Source: Tubulanus polymorphus (taxonomy: Eukaryota > Animalia > Nemertea). From it: a stretch of DNA of 64,000 nucleotides. Position 1 is the stretch's first letter. Each line of letters starts with the position of its first letter. Both the position numbers and the translations under genes were made by a program. Of the stretch, positions 1 through 10,768 are shown piece by piece. The stretch lies in assembly GCF_964204645.1 (NCBI RefSeq), contig NC_134030.1, positions 10,251,947-10,315,946 on the forward strand, in the 5' to 3' direction. The notes beneath the pieces were generated by a model. It worked only from the letters and a program-made list of their open reading frames with translations. It had not been told where the DNA came from and searched no databases.

Positions 1-200
1 TCCAATTCAATACGACATCACGGGGTATTTTAGCCACCTTTTTGATAATCGCATTGGGCAAGAATAATCAACGCAATATGACAACGATGAAAAAATTGGA
101 TATTTCTAAGATAGTTGGCAAGCTTCCATGTTTGCGCTCGTAGTGTTGTAAGGATGCATGCCCGGTTGTGAACAACCACAATTAATTAGCCTATCAAAAA
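1..200 (-). promoter_or_regulatory. Paralogous copy of the upstream/5' region of the Ig-domain gene; implies another tandem copy just left of the window
   Basis: 1-~190 aligns with 4817-~5030 (tccaattcaatacgac..., gggcaa.aataatcaac, ggatattt...ttggcaagcttccatgtttgc.ct, cccggtt, gcctatcaaaa). 4817 lies only ~53 bp upstream of the Ig gene ATG. Confidence 0.65.
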
Positions 201-1139
201 CAATGATATTATCAATTATAGTTTTTGCGATGTTCAACTTGAATCCTGATCAAGAGATGGTAAACATATTTAGCTAATTATAGAGCAAAACGATAAACTG
301 CCACATAAAACTTTCTAATAGTGGAATAAATACACCGGAAATGGGCATTCATTTGATCTCCGACGATTACAGCGTGTTTGAATCTCAATATTAAGTACGG
401 CCTACAGCACCGGGTTATCGCGAAAAAGATATTGTGTAAATGATTCGCTGTATTTTACGTATGCATGGATTATGGAAATGTAAATACTCAAATGTATAAC
501 ACTTCATTAATTTTTCTAAAATATTTATCACTGCGCTAGCGATTTTAAGAAAAATACTTTGTAATAAATCAATGACATTGTCGGGACATTTTCCAGAACG
601 GTCGTCGTGCGTTCACGTGGTGGACGGGTTCTCAATTGATTCGGGAAAATCCCGAAAAATCTGAATTAGAATTAGATTTCCTTACGTAAATAATTTCGAA
701 CATTCGATTACGCACCGACGAAAATAGATTCAATTCAATAAACCGTCGACAATTCAATTCGTAATTCGAAAAACAGCTTTATTCATGTCTGAAGATAAAG
801 CAACGCGTGATTATTGTCATTATCACCGATAAATTATTGCATATTCACGTAGCGCCTTAAACGTGTTCTGGTTTGAAATTGTGTAACTTATTTCACCTGG
901 AAGAATGAATTCCTTTATTTGCAATGATGTCGATTTTCTGTAAAAGTATATGAGATTTGCAAGAATCGATAGTAACTGATAACTTATCAAAATAATTCTT
1001 TGTGGTCCACATTAATACTGCACCCTGAGTGCTGATGGGTGTAGTATAAGTGTGAACCACGAAGAATAATTATTAGTTACTATCATGTTTTTGCATATTC
1101 GAAATATGTATTCCCTGAATTCATTTGGAAGTTAAAGTT

Positions 1140-1370
1140 ATCTTAAATAGGGGTTGTCCCTGTTATTTATTTGGTTGGTAAATTTCGTTTGATTTTTTGA
1201 TCGAGTTCTCTCTTACATACCCACCACACCTGCCGGGAGCCTACAGGTGGTTTGATTTCGAAATCCGAAATCGAAGTACAGATATAGTTGTGTGATTTGC
1301 AGTTGAGTTTTGCAGAATGTTTTGTTTCAAATCGAAGTATATAATTGGGAAATTCGGTTCCGGTTTATTC
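1140..1370. repeat. Interspersed repeat family with copies at ~1935-2098, ~49930-50290 (two, inverted) and ~62560-62790
   Basis: Shared ccctgttatttatttggttggtaaatttcgttt...cccaccacacctgc.gggagc...tttgatttcgaaatc.gaaatcgaagtaca. Confidence 0.75.
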
Positions 1371-2096
1371 AAACAATCTTCCATTCAGTCTGAACCGGCA
1401 AGCGACTTAAAGGGTGAATTTTCTTGGCTGCCTAATCTAATGCGGTTATTACACATAAACGTAGTCTAAAACGCATACACGCGTTGTGGGGGATAATACC
1501 AAATAATCTTTCGCACAACCGGAGATTGAGGCAAAAACAACTAAATCTGTGTAGATAGAAAGAAACAATGGCGGATCCAATTCGATTCAGTCGGTATCAT
1601 TTGCAAAAGTCACAAACCCAGAATCAAATAGTTGAACAGAATCAAAAAGGTTATTTAATGCTGTACTCATCTTTCAAGTGTTACTTCTCCCCAGGGAGAG
1701 ATGACTGATATACGAAAAGAGTTGGTTGGGGTAATTATACCAAGTTTGGAGCCCATTTGAACTTGACTCTAGTTTGGATACCTGCGCTATATAAATGCCA
1801 ATTATTGTTGTTATTTGAAAAATGTATCAGAAAATTGCGAATTTTCTGTTGACAATATTGAAACCATTTTCAATGAGTGACGTCACGAAGCAGTTCATGC
1901 CAAGAACTCGCATCCGGGCATCGCCGGTGATTTTTTTTTAAATCTTGAAATATGGATTGGCTCTGTTATTCATTTGATTGGTAGATTTCGTTTGAGTTGG
2001 TATCCCTTTCAAAACCACCACACTTGCCGGGAGCGAAAAAGGGGGTTTGATTTTGAAATCGGAAATCGAACTACAGATACATTTGTGTGTGATGGG

Positions 2097-2098
<2 letters not shown>

Positions 2099-2178
<80 letters not shown>
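2099..2178. repeat. (TA)n microsatellite; others at ~52139-52193 and ~58646-58678
   Basis: Direct reading. Confidence 0.95.
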
Positions 2179-2184
<6 letters not shown>

Positions 2185-2839
2185 ACACTCGAATATAAAA
2201 GAAACACATTGATTTCTTTTTTCGAAAAAGCTCCAAGTTCTCATGCTCAATTGATTCATAAAGAACCGGTCCACGGGTTCTGAATGCCTTCGAGAAAATC
2301 CGTCAAAATCTGAATCACTCAAATTCCATTCGAACCTGCACTTACAATTACAAAAATAGATTTAACATATACAACGCATTTTATATTTCGAAAAACAACT
2401 TTATTTTGGTGTAAAGATAAATTAACAATCTAAGTAGCCATTAGAAAAATTTTTCGTGTCGCAATATTTGTATAATTGTAGAAAAAAACGTGTTTATTGC
2501 ATCCGAGCATGTTACTTAAATAATTCGCGTTTATGTAGATTTGATGTGAAAAGGGCCTAAGATTTATACCATACATAAAAATTACCAGATGAGCTTAGTA
2601 TCAGTGTGGACAATTAAGAAAAATTTTACTCGAGAAACATAAGCATATCATGATAAGTTATTAGCTGCCTACATACGTATATACTTATTTTGTAAAATAG
2701 TCCCAGTATACATTGTTCTCAAAAACACGAGTACACGCGAGTAATAAAACATGCTTACATGAATAGATATGTTTGAATTATGTATAATCTACTATAAAAT
2801 CTAACTTAATTCATACACTCTCCCGTCACGTAAATACAT

Positions 2840-4764
2840 CTATTCACGCCCGTATGTCAGAAAAATGGCCGAAACTACGACACCTGCTATGGCGAGTAGT
2901 TTCCTCGCTGACGTGGCCAATGCCGAGTTCTCGTCTATGCATCCCAAAACCTTCAATCTGAGCGACGCTCCTTTTCGTTGCCGCGAACGACCAACAAGAT
3001 AATGATCAACTTGATCGCTATAGCAGTACATGCGTTTCATGTGATCCGCGCAGGTGATTGGAACGCTACCTCGCATTGTATAGGTCTTGACGACCCCTGC
3101 AGCTTGAGGGCAACCGAGACTGAAACAGAAAGCGGAGTTGATATTTGATATACATTGTCGCCTCATATTTGTATTCGTTATATTCGATGCAAAATCTTTT
3201 AATACTTTCAACTGTATGGAATTGAAATGCATATTTATAATAATTGATAGTGATAAACAACAACCGCGACGAGAATCATTATAAATTCTACTTACACATT
3301 GCTGCATTTAGAAACTTCTTCCACTGTACCGTTGTATGTCGTTTTCAAATGAGTTAGGTCAGACCCGATGTTTGCGAAGACGCTTTTGACGGGGACGTAA
3401 CTCTGGACTTGGCAGCCATACGCATTTAACGTATCGTTGCTCACTGGTTTCTGAATGTCTATTGTTATTTCGCTATCATCAGCAAGTACTTCTCCTCTAC
3501 TGAAGGTGTATGTTATTGGAGCATCGCTACGCCAGGACACTTGACCCAGGTCGACCCACTGAACAACCGACGGTGGGGCTGAAAAGGAAAAGAACACTTT
3601 CAAAGATCGAGAATCGTCTTCCTTACAGTTTCTCATAGCGGCGCGAAAGCTTCGTAAAAACCTACCGATAATCACAAGATCGAGGTATCGAGCTGTAGTT
3701 GTATCGTTCATCGCGACACAAAAATACCTCCCGACATCGGCAGCAATCACACCTTAACGGAAAAACAAGAAATCGTGGAATATAAAACAAATGAGAAAAG
3801 ATCAACAAATCGATTTTTGATATTACCAGTTATTTTCAGAGTAGAACCAAAAAAAGTGAATCTCGTAACACCTGAGAACTCGGAAACAAACGAGCCTGAT
3901 TTCGCGATCCATAGTTCATCACCACCGTTAGTCGACTTCAGCCAACCGACTTCATGTTGGGTACTGGTCTAATGTGAGTGAGAAGATGAATGATATGATA
4001 TCAAAATGCAGTTCACAGAATGTGCGTGGCCCTCGTTACCTGTTCAAGCGCGATTAGAAAAAGCTACCGAAAACGAACTAGCGAAAACCGGTTCCACTTG
4101 CCGTGAGTTTCGGGTGGTGACTTCAAATTGAAAATTGATGAAAAATGTATGGAGATGTTAATATGGCAAAGAATCACTAAGTATTCAGGGCCAATGTGGG
4201 TAGAAAATGTAATCTTTGCCTTAGAATGCATCGCATAGTCTCTATTAATGTTTAATGAAGTTTTCTGGGATAGGGTCCGTTGACCCCATTGAGAACTTCA
4301 TGTCTCAAGCAGCCGAGAGCACAAGAAGAAATTGCGCATTTTTTTGAAAAAATTAAAAAGTGCAAGGACATTTTCTAAACATTTCCAAAAATACCTCAAA
4401 TAAGTACATGTATATATTTCCATAATTCACATTCTTTTCAACATTTGTCTCTACATAATCTTTACGTCTTTACTATTTTGGTAAATATCTACTTACCAGT
4501 GTGCATATCAGATTAACGTTTGTGCCCAACTCAACATCGTTCGCTGAACCTGAAATCATAAAACTTGGTAAAATGCAACCTCGCTTAACAGGGTTTGATT
4601 GATATTGATTGATCGCGTTGTGTATAATGTATGTTTGAAATATTTCCGTATGAAATTCATAACATGTACGTGTTTATTTGGAATTCAGCGATCTTATTTA
4701 GTAAAAACCTACCTTGTAGGAAAAGGCAGCCGAAAACTATCAGAATTTTAATAGTTCGTTCCAT
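2840..4764 (-). CDS. Secreted/cell-surface immunoglobulin-superfamily protein, 298 aa: signal peptide + V/I-type Ig + C2(CD80-like) Ig + hydrophobic C-terminal tail (GPI signal or TM)
   Basis: Six exons with GT-AG junctions and consistent phases: 4764-4713, 4549-4497, 3968-3827, 3752-3666, 3578-3296, 3119-2840 (897 nt). Signal MERTIKILIVFGCLFLQG. Ig1: LGTNVNLIC...VGWLK...STLKITGVIAADVGRYFC (canonical C, W, DxGxYxC). Ig2: YGCQVQSYVP...DHMKRMYC. Tail NSALATSARKLLAIAGVVVSAIFLTYGRE*. Confidence 0.85.
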
Positions 4765-6449
4765 CCTGCTCGCATGTCTCATTCTGGTTATTTTCTCCAA
4801 TGAGCTCTCTCAGATATCCAATTCAATACGACGTCATAAAACGTTCTACTTAATTTGCATGGGCAAAAATAATCAACAAGATATCGTCACAATTAAAAAA
4901 TCGGATATTTGGCAAGCTTCCATGTTTGCACTGCATTATTACGGCATAGTGTTGTTTGTGTTGGAAACAGAACCCGGTTCTGAACGGGGAGTGGTGGGGG
5001 AGGGGGCAGTCCCCGACATCTGCCTATCAAAAGCCAAGCCATGGACGGTATATATAAACAAATGAATATAGTTTTTGCTACTTTTTAATCCTTTCAAGTC
5101 GAATTATACTCTGAACTTGCTCCAGGCCCGAGATTTTATCTTATCCCTCAAAGCCATCCACGTCATTAACATCAGGAGATAATTCAACCGTCCGGGATAT
5201 TTTCTTTATTCATAAGGTTTTTAAGTTACCCGTCGTTAATCATGTCAGCGTAAGTGCGAAAATAAGACTTGAATTGTTTATCACAAAATGCGTTCACTCT
5301 ATTTCGACTTCGTTCTTATTTTGGGAAAAAAATCATGTTTGATCCTATGAATGTTAAGAATTCTTGTTATTGTAACGAACTTCGGGGATTTTTCCACACT
5401 TCACTTCGCCCGCTAGCTTGTCAATAATTCTATTCATATTTTTATCTAATGTCGAGCGGCGTCTATTTCTGGATACAGATATTGTTTAGAGTTGTGGAGA
5501 ATTCGCTTCCCTAATCGAGAACCTATTCATCGAAAACGCGATCAATAATTCATCAGAGATATTGTCACGCGATATTAATAAGCTAGTCAGTCAACTCTGC
5601 AAAAACTCGTTACGAAATACATACAAAACACCTTACACAATAATTTTCTGAGCATAAACAATCAGGGACCAGTCACCGGTCTACGAAATCCCATATCACA
5701 TGAAAATAGGGGCCATGCATAAAGTACATTGCAAATCGTGTGGTTGTTTGTTTGAATTTTCTCACCTTTTATCTTTGTTTATAGCCTGAAAACCCGTACA
5801 AAAACGTACAGGGGGAGGGGTAAGCTATAAGCGCACAAATACCCCCTATGTTTTTTTTTGGGGGGGGGATTGCCTAAGAATTCCCCTTTCTCGGTCTTTC
5901 GCTTCGTTGGCGGTACTTCTTTTACTTCATAGTCTGAAACGAATTGACGATCCTTTATTCTCGTCCAAATCCCCGATCAGCAGAAAGTTTGTACTCTCGT
6001 GCTGGTCGACCAGTTGATACCGTGCGTATATTGTAGAGAGACAATCGTAATAATTCTAACTATATAGGAGAATGCTAACTGGTATATTTTCGATGATCTG
6101 ACGTGAAGATCATTTATTGATGATGTCAAAGCTCGCGACTCGCAGGTCGGCCTTTTCGTTAAAGTATCCGGAGCTCACCACTCTCGCAGGTCGGCCCTTG
6201 TCGGTTTCAGAACTTACTCTCAGCTGAACTGAACTCAGCTGAACTGAACTATCTCAAAAATGTTTATTAGATATTTATAAGTGAGTGCCAAACTTACAAT
6301 TTACTATTCAGAACTTTGATGATATTAATAATATTTCTCCAAATTTGGTAATTACTAAATCAATAGAGTGTCTACTACAATAGTTATTTTACTGATAATC
6401 ATAAGATATACATTTTGACATTGAAACTATTCTGCTAAAATCCTCATTT

Positions 6450-6861
6450 CATAACACGTCTTTCGTCGTTTCCGAATGTTTCGGGTCAGACTCGATGTTT
6501 GCGAAGACGCTCTTGACGGGGACGTAACTCTGGACCTGGCACGCGTATGCATCTAAACATACCGTCGCTTACTGGATCCCGAATCGTTATTTCACAGCCG
6601 CCAGGACGTACTTCGCCCATGCTCAAGTAGTATACGCAATTGGCACGCCTTACTCCAACGCACTCGACCCAAGGTCGACCCACTGAACAATCGCTGGTGG
6701 TGCTGAAAAAGGACGACCTATTTCAAAGATCGAATCTTTCCTAATTTTTCACAGCGAAGCCTTCACCAAAAGCACAAGATCAAAGTATCTTCTTTCAGTT
6801 TGATTATTCATGTCAAGACAAATATACCCCCTACATCGGCAGCGACCCCACCTTACCACAC
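6450..6861 (-). pseudogene. Frameshifted fragment (exons 4-5 homologues) of the Ig-domain gene
   Basis: Clear nucleotide similarity to 3330-3752 (e.g. gttacgtccccgtcaagagcgtcttcgcaaacatcg; gttcagtgggtcgacc; gctgccgatgt). Has a +1 insertion (GACCTTGGGTC vs GACCTGGGTC), further indels and a 10-bp duplicated acceptor. The 5' exons are replaced by repeat DNA. Confidence 0.8.
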
Positions 6862-7483
6862 CTTAACAGAATATCAGATATGCTAAATGTATCAGTATAG
6901 ACCATATAATAAGATAAATACGAGATCAAACTATGGGCCCAGGGACATCACGCCCTCTTGGGAAATGGTTTGAAATGCTCAACAAATAGAAAATTTCAAT
7001 ATTCAATGCCCCCTGGTGAACATATTAAGAAAACAATGACCTTAAAAGTTACCACACTCATAGAACATATCACTAGCTTCAATCGTCAATTGTGGTTACA
7101 TATATGAAAATACTTATATATTCAGCTATCTAACGCCCCCTGGTGACCATACACAAAAGCCAATGACCACAATCGTAGAACATGTCACAAGCTACATCAT
7201 TTTTGCAATTCAATGTGGTCACAAAATATGCCTGGGTACCAATACAATATGAAGATATGTAACTTATTCGACTATTTAGCACCCCCTGGTGACCAAATAC
7301 AACAACCGATGACCTGAAAACTCTTCACAATCATAGAACAAACTTCCCAAAATAAACTGGAATCTATTATATCACGTTTTGATATTCATTCACTCGAATT
7401 AAGCGAAAATACCGTATCTAATATGTAGTATCATACAATGATTTTATTTCTTACCCGCATTAGAACCTCGCTGACGGTGATAT

Positions 7484-7822
7484 CATCCTCCCCCGGCAGG
7501 GATTCGAACCTGATGGCATCGAGATTGCCACGGCACGAAACCCTGCCATAATCGATCGTGTGCGCAGATACATGCGCAGTTCAGATGATGTGATTTTTAG
7601 CCAATCAGAAATCCCGTTTTATCTTAGCCCGGGTTTTCCCATTTATAGTTCTTCCTTGAAATTTGCCTCAACGATTATACAACGAGCAATCTGATTGGTG
7701 CCGCCAGTTTTCGCTCGGAAAGCTGCGCATGTACCTACGCACCCGGTCTACTGATGCAGGGGTTCGTGCCGTGGCTGAGCGTAGCGATGCCATCAGGTTC
7801 GAGTCCCTGCAGAGGGAGGATG
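7484..7822. mobile_element. CATC-ended MITE, family A (8-bp TSD; B-box in both TIRs); partial copies at ~11709-11860 and ~37100-37316
   Basis: TIR CATCCTCCC.C.GCAGGGA.TCGAACCTGATGGCATCG at both ends. TSD GGTGATAT (7476-7483, 7823-7830). Confidence 0.85.
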
Positions 7823-8329
7823 GGTGATATCGGTTGGTTGAAGGTGGCTTATGATCACACGCACCTATGGCTGGTTAAATCGGATTCGTTAGTTGCCGAA
7901 GTATCTTGTTCGAGATTCATTGTGTCTATAATGGACCTAATAATAAATATGGTATTTCTGATATTTCTTTTTAGCCCAGTTGGAACCTTGGTCCCAGCGG
8001 GCTATTGCGTTCATTTTTCGTCCGTCGATCCGTCCGTCCGTAGACGGAATCCAGTTATTTTGAAGTTTTGTTCTATGATAAAGTTGACCCGACCGGCCGC
8101 CTATCTACCCCGTCCATTACTTTTTTCTAATCGTGATCAATTTTACCGTTATAGACCCGGCAGCTATAGAAGTGAACTGATTAGAAATTTAATTGCATTC
8201 CACAAAAAATACCCGGCCGCTGCGGAGTAACAAGGTATCGTTTTTGTTTAGCCCTATGCTCAAACAACGCGATAGAAACCCATATAACATGATCAACGAC
8301 GGGTAACTAAAAAAACGTTATGAATACAT

Positions 8330-8972
8330 GGCCCGGACACACTGGGCGATTCCGTCGCCCGATTTCGTCGCCCGACGAAATCGCCGGTAAAATTGCCCAG
8401 TGTGTCCGGGTACATCTTCACCCGTCAAGGGATTCGAACCCACTACGCTAAAGCTGTTCGCCGAACTCCTTGACCTCACGAGTCGTTGGAGTCGTTACTA
8501 GCCGACCAGATTCCGGTCGTACCAATCACAGCGCTTGTGACAAACGACTTAAGGCTTCTATATTGGTTTTCCCGTTAAATGGACCAATCAGCGAACGTTT
8601 TACTGAACAATGAAGTATTTCGCAAATCGATATGACGTCATGCGCAACAGCGCCAGTAATGAAATCACGCTTCGTGAGGCCAGGGGGCTGGTGGAAGCGA
8701 GTTCGGGAGTGATACCGGACCCCTGGTAAGCGAGGATGGTCCGGGTACGGCGATCAGTCGCCTCGAGCGCCGTATTAACCAGCCAATCACGGCTCTTCGA
8801 TTTATTAAAGGTGGCACTAGCAGCTGGTCGTTTCAAAATAAGCGGCGCTGTTCGCCGATTCGTCGGCCGACGAGATCGCCCAGTACAGTGTGTCCGCGTG
8901 TCGGCGATCAAATCGGTAATAAAATCGGCGGCGATTTCGTCGGCCGACGAAATCGCCCAGTGTGTCCGCGGC
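8330..8972. mobile_element. PIF/Harbinger-like MITE hosting the 8413-8738 insertion
   Basis: Terminal inverted repeats GGACACACTGGGCGATT...AATCGCCCAGTGTGTCC with internal tcggcga/tcgccga palindromic subrepeats. Confidence 0.65.
8413..8738. mobile_element. CATC-ended MITE, family B (9-bp TSD), nested in another MITE; copies at 9634-9723 (internally deleted) and 44904-45339
   Basis: CATCTTCACCCGTCAAGGG...CCCTGGTAAGCGAGGATG flanked by GTCCGGGTA on both sides. The 9634 copy is flanked by gcccctgtt/gtccctgtt. Confidence 0.85.
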
Positions 8973-10548
8973 TTAATACGGCAACGAATGATAAACCTAA
9001 TCATGTCAATGCAAGCGCCGTAATAGAGCTTGAGCCGTTTTTACAAAATGCATTCATTCATTTAATTTCTCTCAACTGCGTTTCCCCTTTTTGGAAAAAA
9101 AAGTAATCCTGTCTACGTACAATTCTATTAGTATAAAAGCTGAAATAAAAAGAATTTCCTGATTTTATTTTTCAGGAGACGAGGGAGGTCGATTTATATC
9201 ATCGTTGAGGTATAAACTACCTCCTTCACGACTGTCAAGGGCGGATCCAGCATATTACAGGGTACCCCTTCCCCTGTATTCGAAGGTCCCTGCAAATGTC
9301 TACCCCGAGAAATCCTAAGTGATCTTTATTCAATGAATATGAAACTAAGAGAAGTGGTATATCCTCGTGCAAAATGATAAATATACAACTGGTATTGTGA
9401 TTTTGGTAATGTGTATTTTATTATCAATTTCATGGATGTCATTGTTCAACTTCGTGGAAATCTCACCAAATTCTTCACAAAACATTTCTTTTGTCGAGTA
9501 CCCTCTCTCGGTCGTTGGCCATAAGGGCTATGTCGTTACGCGCCATGCATCGCCATTACGGTAACATTTCATATGGTTCCTTTTTTCTTCCCTGGAACCC
9601 ACCCCTACAAAAAGTCCTAGATCCGCCCCTGTTCATCCTCGCTTGCCAGGGGTCCGGTATCACTCCCGAGTTCGGGGAAAAGCTTTAGCGTAGTGGGTTC
9701 GAATCCCTTGACGGGTGAAGATGGTCCCTGTTGTGAAAAACGGGGCGCAAATGAAAGCAAACCAGAATATTTTGGAAAAATAGACGCAACGAGGAGCGCA
9801 CTCTTCAGGATTTCATCTTCGCCTGGAACCTAAATCTCAATGCAGTAAAATTCTAGAAAGCACTTTGCACCAGGTCTTCATTTACCAAAATATAATGTTT
9901 ACGAAAATACACCAAAAAGCATTTTCCAAAGTTTTCTGGGGCCTCTCGTTTGCTGTGAATATAAATGCCCTTTTCATAAGTTATGCTACTCTCAACAGCG
10001 TGCCTGATCCACCCCCGATTAGATATTACCCATAAAAACTAAGGTTCTTCGCATGACGAAACAGCAGTCAATCTGGTCGCGACGATGATGAATGTGCAAG
10101 CCGCTAAAAATCGAGTCACAGCCGACTGACAACTGACGGCCAATATGATGCGACCGATATCGGCCGTGACGAAACTACATGTACCCACATAACTTTTCGG
10201 ATTTTTCTGGATGACCCAAGTTGACCCGACCGGTCGCCAGTTTTCGTCCGGTTTACGTCAATTCGGGCCGGCAAAATCGTGTACCGGTATACATTATATC
10301 GTTGTACCATTTCTCGGGCATTCCGGTTAAATCCAACACAAAGTCTGGTATGATTTGAAATAATTCTATATTTTCATAAATGCACAGCCAAACATATATA
10401 CATGCAGTATTCTATCGTATACCTATATCTCAACGAACTTCTCGGGACTAGGAAACCTGTTCGTTAAAACCGATAGTTCTCGTTATCTCGGTCTGTAATA
10501 TTAACCGATAAATCGTTATAACGAGTTTCCACTGTATACATAATAATA

Positions 10549-10726
10549 CAGTTGAACCTCGTTATAACGAACTCGGTCGGATACAACGATTCATCAGATA
10601 TTAGATAAAAAATTTTGTCCCAAGTAGGACAATTTGATGATTTTCATACTGTGGTTATAACGAACTATCGGTTCTAACGAACATATTTTCTGGTTGCGTG
10701 AAGTTCGTTGTAACGAGGTTCCGCTG
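10549..10726. mobile_element. Tc1/mariner (pogo/Tigger-like) MITE; related copies at ~10404-10534 and ~58140-58258
   Basis: TA|CAGTTGAACCTCGTTATAACGAAC...GTTCGTTGTAACGAGGTTCCGCTG|TA. Confidence 0.8.
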
Positions 10727-10768
10727 TATACACGTGAACTACAGTAATCAACGACCAGTGATCTTCCG

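Noticed and set aside
1938-2322. Five ORFs with YIYIYI runs (also 52027-52305)
   Set aside because: Translations of (TA)n microsatellites.
7754-9106. ORFs of 158, 134, 95 and 72 aa
   Set aside because: They run across GC-rich MITE sequence and show no transposase or other motifs.
9175-10120. Possible plus-strand exons at 9175-9208 and ~10044-10118
   Set aside because: Splice-like signals only, with no recognisable protein or coherent gene model.
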